Source: Sulfurospirillum sp.
GTDB lineage: Bacteria > Campylobacterota > Campylobacteria > Campylobacterales > QNZT01
DNA: 55,656 nt
Assembly: GCA_024762235.1 (NCBI GenBank)
Contig: JANTHT010000002.1
Location: 1 to 55,656, forward strand
Direction: 5' to 3'
Each line of letters opens with the position of its first letter. Positions within the stretch are counted from its first letter, which is position 1. A program made the translations under genes and the position numbers. The notes under the pieces are model-generated. The model searched no databases and was not told where the DNA came from. It saw only the letters and a program-made list of their open reading frames with translations. Below, one piece after another: positions 19,688-29,100 of the stretch.

Positions 19688-20632
19688 TTATCTGCTAAAA
19701 AAGTCGACTATCATACCGCGCAACACGTCCACTTCCTCTTCACGATTGATTCTATCACGAAATTGTGAAGCATTCGGGAAATTTTTGGAGTATGTATGCA
19801 GATGCTTGCGAAATATCCTCGCACCGATCTCGCCGTAAAAAGTGATCATCGCATCGAAATGCTCCAGAACGATCTCGCGTATCTTCGCCTTCTCCAGTGT
19901 GGGAAGATCCTCCTTGATCTGATAGAAGATCCACGGATTGCCTACAGCGCCACGACCGATCATGACGCCGTCACACCCGGTCTTCTCGCGTACCTCTCTG
20001 ACCCTTTCGACGGTCGTGATGTCACCGTTTGCAATCACAGGGATCTTTACCGAAGCTTTTGCCTCTCTGATCGCATCGTAATCGACCGGCGCCTTGTATC
20101 TTCCCGCACGTGTACGCCCATGCAGTGTCAGAAAATCCGCCCCTGCGCTCTCTGCCGTTCTGGCGATCGCTTCGGGAATCTTTTCACCGAATCCGAGACG
20201 TGATTTGAGCGAAGTGTAACGCTTGTTGGAGTGGCGCTTGATGGTCTCGACCACCCTGGCCATCTGGTCGAGATCCTGTAGAAGAGAGGATCCGGAATTT
20301 TGGGATACCACTTTGGGAACCGGGCACCCGCAGTTGAGATCGATCCCGTCGATCCCCTCGATGTCGTTGAGCATCTCGACCGCTTCTCTCGCGACAGCGA
20401 CATCACCGGTTGCGATCTGAACGATATAGGGAACTTCAAGAGGTGATTTCTCGATCATTTTGAAAGTTTTTTTCGAATGATGGATCATCGCATTGGCACT
20501 GATCATCTCCGAAAAGGTGATATCGGCACCGAACTTTTTGACGACATGACGGAAAGGAAGGTCTGTATATCCTGCAAGCGGCGCAAGGGCTACAAGATCC
20601 TTTTTAGTGAAATCGATCAATGTTTTTTGCAC
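19688..20632 (-). CDS. dus: tRNA-dihydrouridine synthase
   Basis: Blocks LAPLAGYTDLPFR, DLNCGCP, LHGRT and the TIM-barrel FMN motif ANGDI. 314 aa. Confidence 0.9.
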   Translation of the reverse strand: MQKTLIDFTKKDLVALAPLAGYTDLPFRHVVKKFGADITFSEMISANAMIHHSKKTFKMIEKSPLEVPYIVQIATGDVAVAREAVEMLNDIEGIDGIDLNCGCPVPKVVSQNSGSSLLQDLDQMARVVETIKRHSNKRYTSLKSRLGFGEKIPEAIARTAESAGADFLTLHGRTRAGRYKAPVDYDAIREAKASVKIPVIANGDITTVERVREVREKTGCDGVMIGRGAVGNPWIFYQIKEDLPTLEKAKIREIVLEHFDAMITFYGEIGARIFRKHLHTYSKNFPNASQFRDRINREEEVDVLRGMIVDFFSR

Positions 20633-20635
20633 AGA

Positions 20636-21649
20636 TTACTTAAAGAAAAGATCCGTATCAAAATTTTTACCGCTGTCTTTGAGGAAAAGCAGATATTTGA
20701 AAACAGGATACTCCTCTTCACTGGAGTTTTCCAGAAACTCTCTCGCAGTATCCACCATCTGTAGCTCGAACAACAGGTAAAGATACCCGTCACCGGCTTC
20801 ATGCGGGAACTCATGCGCAAGTTTTTCAAAGAGCATGATCACCCTGTCAGGATTGAGTTTGTTTTTCAATTTCTTTGCCAGCAAAATGAAATCCTGCTTC
20901 GTGAAATCGAGCTGATGTATCATCTCGATAATATCGTCGTTACTCAGTTCGATCGGATTCTCTTTGGCACCGATGCGGTCGATCAGTCTGAAAAAGAGTT
21001 CTCTTGTCGGCTCGACTTTATACTTCTTGATCTCATCGAGTGATGCATAACCGGCGAGTGCGAGATGCGCCTTTTGACACAACGCTTTATCGTCACACTT
21101 CTGCAGGATCGTTTTGGCATAGGTGGGATCCCGCTTCAACGCATTCTCCGCATTTTGCAACACCAGGGCATTGTCCGAGAGCAATCCGAATTTCGAGAGA
21201 TCGATCACTTCACCCTCTCTGATACGCTGCTTCGCTTCGAGTATATCCTGAATCCCGTCATCGTAGACTCTGTGATGCGCCGAACGTTTCGGATCGATAT
21301 TGAGAAGCGGCAGGATCGCGCCGGGAAGCTTGAAGGCTTCGCTTCTGTACCCGTCGCCTCTGAGCTGCTTGCCCAGAAGTGCACGTTTGGCATTTTCCAC
21401 AAACGCTTCACTATCTTTTTTGATCGCACGCATTCTCGTATAGTTAAGGGTACCATGGAACATCAGGTGCACAATCGTCACGATATAGAGGATCAGTGCC
21501 GGAAGAACCATCCAGACAGCGACAGGTAGTTTGACCGTGATTCCGGCTATGGGCAGTGCATAAGAGGCACCCGTGTATGCGTAGATTGCGACACCCATCG
21601 CCAGCAGTAGCAATCCGCCGAATATCACATATCTTTTCAAGCCCATCAA
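20636..21649 (-). CDS. Membrane-anchored protein of unknown function (two N-terminal TM helices plus helical soluble domain)
   Basis: 337 aa. TM1 is YVIFGGLLLLAMGVAIYAY and TM2 is VAVWMVLPALILYIVTIVHLMF. The rest is helical with no motif I recognise. It lies between dksA and dus. Confidence 0.6.
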   Translation of the reverse strand: MMGLKRYVIFGGLLLLAMGVAIYAYTGASYALPIAGITVKLPVAVWMVLPALILYIVTIVHLMFHGTLNYTRMRAIKKDSEAFVENAKRALLGKQLRGDGYRSEAFKLPGAILPLLNIDPKRSAHHRVYDDGIQDILEAKQRIREGEVIDLSKFGLLSDNALVLQNAENALKRDPTYAKTILQKCDDKALCQKAHLALAGYASLDEIKKYKVEPTRELFFRLIDRIGAKENPIELSNDDIIEMIHQLDFTKQDFILLAKKLKNKLNPDRVIMLFEKLAHEFPHEAGDGYLYLLFELQMVDTAREFLENSSEEEYPVFKYLLFLKDSGKNFDTDLFFK

Positions 21650-21662
21650 TACACCCCTTTGC

Positions 21663-22016
21663 TTAAGATTTCTCGACTATCTCTCTGCATACTATACAAT
21701 ATCTCGCCTGTGGTTTGACTTTCAGTCTCGCTATACCGATAGGCTCTTCACACATTTCACAGATCCCGTAAGTATGATTGCTGATTTTGAAAAGAGCATA
21801 CTCGATCTCCTGAAGTTCGTTTCGCAATCTCGTATTGATCGTATGGCCCATTTCACTGTCGGTACTGATAGTCGCAAAATCCGCTTCGTCACTCGCATCT
21901 GTCTCTGTCAGTGATGAAATCTCCTGCTGTTTGTCTGAAATCGTCTTTTCGATCTCCTCCTTCCGTTTAAGAAGCATCTCTCTGAATTCATTGGTCTCTT
22001 TTTCTGTCATTTTCAT
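21663..22016 (-). CDS. dksA: DksA/TraR-family C4 zinc-finger protein
   Basis: A coiled-coil N-terminal part and the C-terminal CEMCEEPIGIARLKVKPQARYCIVC. Confidence 0.8.
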   Translation of the reverse strand: MKMTEKETNEFREMLLKRKEEIEKTISDKQQEISSLTETDASDEADFATISTDSEMGHTINTRLRNELQEIEYALFKISNHTYGICEMCEEPIGIARLKVKPQARYCIVCREIVEKS

Positions 22017-22031
22017 TTCCTTCGAATGGTA

Positions 22032-22487
22032 CTATTTATGATAGGGGTGCTTGTGCAAAATCGTCAATCCCCTGTATATCTGTTCATAAAGTACAATTTT
22101 CGCTATTTTATGGCTCATGGTAAGCTTGCTCAGACTGAGCACAAGATCCCCTTTCCCCACAAACGCTTTCTCAAATCCATAGGCGCCGCCTATAAAAAAA
22201 TTTAAGTTTGTATTTATATCAAAATATTTATAAAAATTTGGCGTGTCTATAAGTTTGCCTTCAGGATGCAAAAGGACATTGTAACCCTTCATATAGGGTG
22301 AAAACGCTTCGCTGTAACTTGCCTGCGCCGTTGCCGCATCTCTGTTTTGCGCCGCAGATATCTTTTTGTTGAAGATGTTGTGCTCCTCCAGCACAGCATA
22401 TTTCGAAATCATTTTACGGTACTGCGTACAGATGGTATGATACGCGTCCCGGCGCTGTTTTTCGATCGTATAGAGGTTAATCTTCAT
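22032..22487 (-). CDS. rlmH: 23S rRNA (pseudouridine1915-N3)-methyltransferase RlmH (SPOUT)
   Basis: Starts MKINLYTIEKQ; also contains FFIGGAYGF, MSHKIAKIVLYEQIYR and a C-terminal HPYHK. The start is the internal ATG of track ORF 22032..22520. Confidence 0.85.
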   Translation of the reverse strand: MKINLYTIEKQRRDAYHTICTQYRKMISKYAVLEEHNIFNKKISAAQNRDAATAQASYSEAFSPYMKGYNVLLHPEGKLIDTPNFYKYFDINTNLNFFIGGAYGFEKAFVGKGDLVLSLSKLTMSHKIAKIVLYEQIYRGLTILHKHPYHK

Positions 22488-23043
22488 AAAGATCGGAACC
22501 CAGCACAAGGTAGCGTACATGTGCGATTTTATCGCTGCTTCTGACGCCTCCTATCGCTGCGACCGGGTGTTTTGAATCCTGGGCCAGCATACTGAGTCTC
22601 TCTCCCAGTTTCTGCCTGATCTCTTTTGTCTGCGTACCTCTGTAGGCACCAAGACCGATATAGTCGATCGGCATTTTCCCGGCATCCGCTATCTCCGCTT
22701 CATCATGCGTTGAAACGCCCAGGATGCGACTGCCGAGAAGTTCCCGCAGGTACTCTGCAGCTTTGAACACATCTGTATCATATCGTAACAGATCTTCCTG
22801 CCCTACATGGAGTCCGTCACAGAGCAGGGCCAAACCCGCTTCGTCGTTGGCGATGACTTTGCCTTTGAAGTGCGCTTTGAGATAGAGCAGATTTTCCCTT
22901 TTGACCGCGATGTCGTTGACCTTGTCCCGATACTGAAGCAGCGTCGCTTTTTCAACTTTCGGAAGTGCCAGAAACTGATCAAGCGAATACCCTTTCCTTC
23001 GGTTGAGTTCAAAGTCGAACAGCGCATAAATCTCATGCATCAT
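22477..23043 (-). CDS. thiE: Thiamine-phosphate synthase
   Basis: TMP-TENI family blocks LLQYRDK, GLHVGQEDL, LGVSTHD and AIGG. The start is an internal ATG (MMHEIY) of track ORF 22477..23121. 11-nt overlaps at both ends. Confidence 0.8.
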   Translation of the reverse strand: MMHEIYALFDFELNRRKGYSLDQFLALPKVEKATLLQYRDKVNDIAVKRENLLYLKAHFKGKVIANDEAGLALLCDGLHVGQEDLLRYDTDVFKAAEYLRELLGSRILGVSTHDEAEIADAGKMPIDYIGLGAYRGTQTKEIRQKLGERLSMLAQDSKHPVAAIGGVRSSDKIAHVRYLVLGSDLYED

Positions 23044-24055
23044 TTTTCGCTTCTCCTGAGATCGGGGGCTGCTCTTGTGACGTTTCGGGTGCCTCCTGCA
23101 GATCGATTTCCGTACGCTCACCGGCCCCCTCTGCAGTGGTGCTGTCCGACAGTTCCGGTAAATCCTCCCTCTCTTTTTTTAACGGCAGTGACGCATCCGA
23201 CCCCTTGTCGATACGATGTCCGAAATAGTGCAGCAGATCGGCGATGCTCTTTTTCATCTCATGTCGCTGTACGATCATGTCAAGAAAACCGTGTTTGAGC
23301 AGAAACTCCGAGCGCTGAAATCCCTCCGGCAGTTCGGCACCGATCGTCTGTTTGATGACACGTTGGCCGGCAAAACCGATCAGAGCGCCGGGCTCGGCAA
23401 GTATGACATCTCCCAGCATCGCAAACGACGCGCTGACCCCGCCCATAGTCGGATCTGTCAACACCGATATATAGGGCAGCCCCTCTTTGGCAAGGCGTTT
23501 CAGTGCCGCTGAAGTCTTGGACATCTGCAACAGTGAAAAGGTGCTCTCCTGCATCCTGGCTCCTCCGCTCGCACTCACGATCACGAGGCCGTGACATTTT
23601 TCGATCGCACGGTGCACCGCACGTACGATCTTCTCCCCTTCGACAGAGCCGAGACTTCCGCCCATAAAAGAGAAATCGAAGACAACAAGTTGTACAGGAA
23701 TGCCCTCTATGCGGCATTCGCCCGAGACTACAGATGCGCGTTTGCCTGTCTTTTTTTCACTCTCGTCGACACGTTTTTTATAGGACTTTTTATCGACGAA
23801 TCCGAGTGGGTCGACAGGCACCAGATCGGCATCGTATTCGATGAAACTATCTTTGTCAGACAAGAGTTCGATGCGCTTTGCGGCAGAGATACGCATATGA
23901 AATTTGCATTTCGGGCAAACCTGCGCAAGATTTTCGACCTCTTTGTAGTACATCAGGGAGTTACACTGCGGGCACTTTACCCAGTGGCTGGGCGCTTCTT
24001 CCCGGGAAGGCTGCTGCTTTCTGAAATTTTTAAAGATGTCACCGAAGTTCATCAC
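23033..24055 (-). CDS. accD: Acetyl-CoA carboxylase carboxyltransferase beta subunit with acidic C-terminal tail
   Basis: Zn ribbon CPQCNSLMYY...CPKCKFH. Also FSFMGGSLGSVEGEK and SASGGARMQE. About 55 extra low-complexity residues at the C-terminus. Confidence 0.9.
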   Translation of the reverse strand: MMNFGDIFKNFRKQQPSREEAPSHWVKCPQCNSLMYYKEVENLAQVCPKCKFHMRISAAKRIELLSDKDSFIEYDADLVPVDPLGFVDKKSYKKRVDESEKKTGKRASVVSGECRIEGIPVQLVVFDFSFMGGSLGSVEGEKIVRAVHRAIEKCHGLVIVSASGGARMQESTFSLLQMSKTSAALKRLAKEGLPYISVLTDPTMGGVSASFAMLGDVILAEPGALIGFAGQRVIKQTIGAELPEGFQRSEFLLKHGFLDMIVQRHEMKKSIADLLHYFGHRIDKGSDASLPLKKEREDLPELSDSTTAEGAGERTEIDLQEAPETSQEQPPISGEAKNDA

Positions 24056-24789
24056 TCATCCTCTAAAACTATTTTCTTCAGTTGCATGAAACTATTTTCA
24101 TGTTGGCATATTATCGTTAAATCCTTGTGTTTGTGCTGATACAAATCTTCACACATGAAGAGCCCGGCCTTCACATCGAAGTCACGCAACTCCCCTTCCA
24201 TCAGGATGAAATCGACATCATGCGCCAGTGCCAGCGAGAGTGCCATCGCCCCTGGCACACGATACTTGATCTTCGCTTTTTTGAGTCTTTCAGCATAGGT
24301 AAAAGAGCGATAAGCCCGTTCGAAGATACCTATTTTCGGGTCCGGATTGCCAACTACCGGTCTGTAGGTCCCAGTTTGCAGCTTTCCGGTCAGAAATGCT
24401 TTGCGGTTTTTGATCCAGAAAAGACCGGTAGCGAGATTGCTAATAAGTGCAGATTCGATACCCTCAGGGCCCTCCAGAGCTACCGAAGTGCCGTAAAAAG
24501 GAAAACGGGAGAGAAAGTTGTCACTGCCGTCCAGCGGATCGAGATAGATCGTTTTCTCTCCTTCTCCAATCGTCCCGCTCTCTTCGGAAAGGATTTTACC
24601 AAAAGATTTCAGATGTGCCGCGAAGATATCTTCCGCCACCTGGTCTATGCCGTGCGTCACATCCCCGCCGGCACCTCTTTGCAGCGGCATATAAAGCATC
24701 TGCGTCGGTTCCTGCACCAGGGCATAAATCTCCCTGTTTGCCGCCAACGCTGCTCTCAGGAAACGATCCTCGCCTAAAAGCGTGGTCAT
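24052..24789 (-). CDS. Inositol monophosphatase-family phosphatase
   Basis: Blocks SEESG and YLDPLDGSDNF, with a metal-binding D near the C-terminal part. The start is the internal ATG (MTTLLGE), which forms an ATGA overlap with the gltD stop. There is also a 4-nt overlap with accD. Confidence 0.75.
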   Translation of the reverse strand: MTTLLGEDRFLRAALAANREIYALVQEPTQMLYMPLQRGAGGDVTHGIDQVAEDIFAAHLKSFGKILSEESGTIGEGEKTIYLDPLDGSDNFLSRFPFYGTSVALEGPEGIESALISNLATGLFWIKNRKAFLTGKLQTGTYRPVVGNPDPKIGIFERAYRSFTYAERLKKAKIKYRVPGAMALSLALAHDVDFILMEGELRDFDVKAGLFMCEDLYQHKHKDLTIICQHENSFMQLKKIVLEDE

Positions 24790-26183
24790 CGTACCTTTGT
24801 CGCAAGCACTTTTTCGACGATCGCTTCTGCCGCCATCTTGCCATCCTGCGCCGCAGTGACCACCAGGTCGCTGCCGCGATAGCAATCACCGCCGACGAAG
24901 ACAAATGGCTTGGAGCTCTCCAGCTTTTCATCAGCGATCACACCTCCCCAGCTGTTGGTTTCGATGCCGTTTTCATAGAAAAACTGCGGTGGATGCGGAT
25001 CGAAACCGAGCGCGAGTATCACGACATCGGCATCGACGCGAAACTCGCTCTGTTCGACAACTTCCACACGCTGACGGCCACTCCCATCTTTTTGGGAGAG
25101 CTCTGTTTTGAGCATCTCTACACCGATCACTTCCCCTTTTTCATTGACCAGAATCTCTTTGGGTGAAGCAAAGAAGGTGAACTCCGCACCCTCCTCTTTG
25201 GCATTTTTAAACTCTTTTTTACTTCCCGGCATGTTGTGTGCATCGCGTCTGTAGAGACACTTGACAGATGCTGCATTCTCACGCAGTGACGTCCTGATAC
25301 AATCCATCGCGGTATCCCCGCCGCCGATGACAACCACGTTTTTCCCGGCAACCTCATACTTCGGATCGAACGCTTCTCCGAAATGTTTCCTCTGTGTATT
25401 GATCAGAAAGTCAATCGCCAGAAAGACATTTTCGGCATTTTCACCCGGAATATGCGCCTTTTTAGACTTTTCCGCGCCGATCCCGAGAAAGACGGCGTCA
25501 TAATTTTCCAGCAACTCTTTGAAATCCAGGTCTTTGCCGACCTCGACATTCAAAAAGAGCTTCATCCCCGCATCCTGCAGAAACTTGTAGCGTCTGAAAA
25601 CCACCTCTTTTTCGAGTTTGAAGTTGGGTATACCGTAAGTGAGCAGACCTCCCGGGCGATCACTCTTTTCAAACATCTCGACATGGATACCGGCACGCAT
25701 CAGATAGGTCGCTGCGGAAAAACCGGCCGGCCCGCTCCCCACGATTGCTACCCTTTTATCACTGAATTTTTCAGGAAAATCAGGCGTAAGCCCTTTTTTG
25801 AACCCCTCTTCGCTGATAAAAGTTTCGATCGAACCGATGGTGATTGCGCCATAGCCGTCTTCGTGAAGCGTGCATCGCCCCTCGCACAATCTGTCCTGCG
25901 GACAGATACGCCCGGTGATTTCCGGGAAGGGATTACTCTCGTTGGAGATGCGAAACGACAACGCTATGTTTTTTGTTGCGACAGAACGTAACCAGTAAGG
26001 TATATAGTTGTGCAGAGGACACTTGTCATGGCAACCGGGGTCACCGCACTGTACACAGCGGTCGGCCTGGGCTGCAGCTTCGGAAGGCTTGAAGATCTCG
26101 TAGATCTCCTTGAAGTCCTTCTTTCGTTCGTTCGAAGCGCGCTTGGGCGGTTCGATTCTCTCCAGATTTGTAAAGTTTTGCAT
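24786..26183 (-). CDS. gltD: Glutamate synthase small (NADPH) subunit
   Basis: Fe-S cysteines CVQCGDPGCHDKCP, VAIVGSGPAGFSAA and VVVIGGGDTAMDC. Confidence 0.9.
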   Translation of the reverse strand: MQNFTNLERIEPPKRASNERKKDFKEIYEIFKPSEAAAQADRCVQCGDPGCHDKCPLHNYIPYWLRSVATKNIALSFRISNESNPFPEITGRICPQDRLCEGRCTLHEDGYGAITIGSIETFISEEGFKKGLTPDFPEKFSDKRVAIVGSGPAGFSAATYLMRAGIHVEMFEKSDRPGGLLTYGIPNFKLEKEVVFRRYKFLQDAGMKLFLNVEVGKDLDFKELLENYDAVFLGIGAEKSKKAHIPGENAENVFLAIDFLINTQRKHFGEAFDPKYEVAGKNVVVIGGGDTAMDCIRTSLRENAASVKCLYRRDAHNMPGSKKEFKNAKEEGAEFTFFASPKEILVNEKGEVIGVEMLKTELSQKDGSGRQRVEVVEQSEFRVDADVVILALGFDPHPPQFFYENGIETNSWGGVIADEKLESSKPFVFVGGDCYRGSDLVVTAAQDGKMAAEAIVEKVLATKVR

Positions 26184-26187
26184 AATC

Positions 26188-29100
26188 CTAATCCCCCTCG
26201 TCCGGATTTAACGGTGTTTTTCGCATATCTTTGGGTCTGACGATCCAAAAATCTCTGAGTGTGTGCCTGAAATTGTCCAGGATATACTCTGCCTTCTTGC
26301 TTGCAGTCTCGTTGATATACTCACGCAGCAGTTTTTTGATGTAGTGTCTCTCCTCATCCGACTCGTCGGTATCGATCCGTGTCGCGTTGACCAGTTCCTG
26401 GTTGAGATTGTCGAAAAATTCACGCTCTTCGTCATAGATAAACGCCACACCGCCGGTCATGCCGGCACCAAAGTTGACACCTGTCTTTCCGAGAATCACC
26501 ACGACCCCGCCCGTCATATATTCACATGCATGGTCCCCCGTACCTTCGACAACAGCGATCGCGCCCGAGTTACGCACCGCGAATCGCTCACCGATGCTCC
26601 CCGCAACGAAGAGTTTTCCTCCGGTCGCACCGTAAAGGCAGGTATTGCCGGCGCAGGAGAAGAGTTCACTCTGTGTCTGTGGCGTGATGACGATTTTTCC
26701 GCCGTTCATCCCCTTTCCGACATAGTCGTTGCCGGCGCCGCGCACGTAGATCGAAATACCCTTGATCAAAAAAGCGCCCAGTGACTGACCTGTGATACCT
26801 TCGAGTTTGAACGTGATACTGTTGTCAGGCAAACCCGTATTACCGTAGTATCTGGCGATTTCACCACTGATCAGCGTACCGAAGCTTCTGTTGAGATTGC
26901 TTATCTTCTTGTTGATGACAATGCTCTCTTTGGGATTCTCTATCACTTTGTAGACATCTTTGAGGATCTCTTTTTCGAACCTGTTCTTGTCAAAAGGTTC
27001 ATTGCTCTCTTTCTGACAGGTATTGGGGCCTTCCACCTGCTTCAGTACTGAAGAGAAGTCAAACTTTTCCGCGAATGGATCCTCGCTAACGCGCATCAGA
27101 TCGCTGCGGCCGATGAGCTCTTCCAGGGATGTGTATCCCAGAGAAGCCATGATGGAACGTACATCCTCCGCAAGCAGCGTGAAAAAGTTGATAATCCGGT
27201 CCACCGTACCGACAAAATGCTCCCGCAGCATCTCATCCTGCGTCGCGACACCGACGGTACACTTGTTGGTGTGACATAGTCTCAAAATACGACACCCCTC
27301 CATCGTCAGAGAGGCCGTACCGAAAGCGTAGCTCTCCGCACCCAGCATGGCCGCTTTGACCACATCCAGCCCCGTCTTGAGACCGCCGTCTGTCTGCAGA
27401 TGGACAAACTCTCTGAGGCCGTTGACCTTCAGAGCGTTATGCGCTTCACTAAGCCCCAGTTCCCAGGGGTTACCTGCATTTTTGATCGACGTGAGCGGTG
27501 CGGCACCCGTACCGCCGTCGCCACCGGAGATGACAATCTTGTCGGCATACGCTTTCGCGACACCGGCTGCGATCGTTCCGACACCTGCTGTCGATACCAG
27601 TTTGACCGTCACTGTCGCATCGGGATTGATCTGTTTGAGATCAAAGATAAGTTGTGCCAGATCCTCGATTGAGTAGATATCATGATGGGGTGGCGGGGAG
27701 ATGAGCGTCACACCCGGAATCGTATATCGCAGGGAGGCGATCAGCGGCGTCACTTTGTGTCCCGGAAGTTGTCCCCCTTCACCCGGCTTGGCACCCTGCG
27801 CCACTTTGATCTGGATCTCTTCCGCACTTCTGAGATACTCCGGTGTGACACCAAAACGCCCCGAAGCGATCTGTTTGATCTTCGAACGTTTTGGACTGTA
27901 GAGACGTTCGGGTGCTTCGCCGCCCTCTCCCGAGTTCGATTGTGCACCGATTCGGTTCATCGCCTCTCCGAGCGCTTCATGCGCCTCCGGTGAAATCGAG
28001 CCCAGACTCATCGCGGCGCTGCAGAAACGCTTGAAAATCTCCTCTTTCGGCTCCACTTTGTCAAGTGAGACCGGTTGACGGTCCGATTCAAAGAGAAAGA
28101 AGTCACGTATCATCTTCAATCCGCGTCCGTTTACCGTATCGGCAAAGCTCTTGAAGTCTTCCGTTTTTCCGCTTTTGCATGCCGTCTGGAGGCTGCTTAC
28201 AACCGCAGGCGAGTAGTCATGGTGCTCATTGCCGTGCACATACCTGTGGATACCTCCGATCTCCAGCGGAAAAAGTTTGGAACGGGATTCGATGACGGTG
28301 GCATTCTGATAATCCCTCTCCACACGCGCTTCGATATCATCATAACTGAGTCCCGGAATCAACAAATGTGAATCGCTGAAACAGTCTCCGACGATATCCC
28401 TGCCCAAACCAATGACATCGAAGAGAGAAGAGTTACGATAGGAAGCGATCGTCGCGATACCCATTTTGGACATAATCTTCAAAAGGCCGGCCCCGAGAGA
28501 CTGATGGACATTTTTAAAAGCGTGTTTCTGCTCGTACCCTTCGATCCTGTTACGTTTGCAAAGCTGCAACACAGAAGCGTAGAGGAGGTAGGGATAGATC
28601 GCGTTGGCGCCATAGGCGATCAGGGTCGCGCACGCATGCGAATCGACCGCCTCTCCTGTAACGGCGATCGTGGATGTGAGGTGCCGCAGCCCCTCCTCCA
28701 GCAAAACTTTGTTGAGGCGGCCAACGACCATCAGCATCGGCATATGTTTCATGCGCTCCCCTTCGCAGCGATCGTCGAGAATGATGATGCGGATATCATC
28801 TTCGCGGACACTGCGCACTACTTCCCGTACCAGCTTTTCGAGGGAACCTTTGAGATCCTGATCAAAAAGGGTGGAGAAGACCCTGTTTTTATACTCTTTT
28901 TTGTAACGGGGGTGCTTTTCATCTCCGAAGGAGAGGAGCACATTGTACTTCTCTTCCATCAGGATCGGGGAGATCGCCTTGAGACGAATGGCATGTTCCG
29001 GATCTTCACAAAGGATGTTGCGTATCTCTCCGAAGCCTGTATTGAGACTCATGACCACCCTTTCACGGATGGGGTCGATCGGCGGATTCGTCACCTGCGC

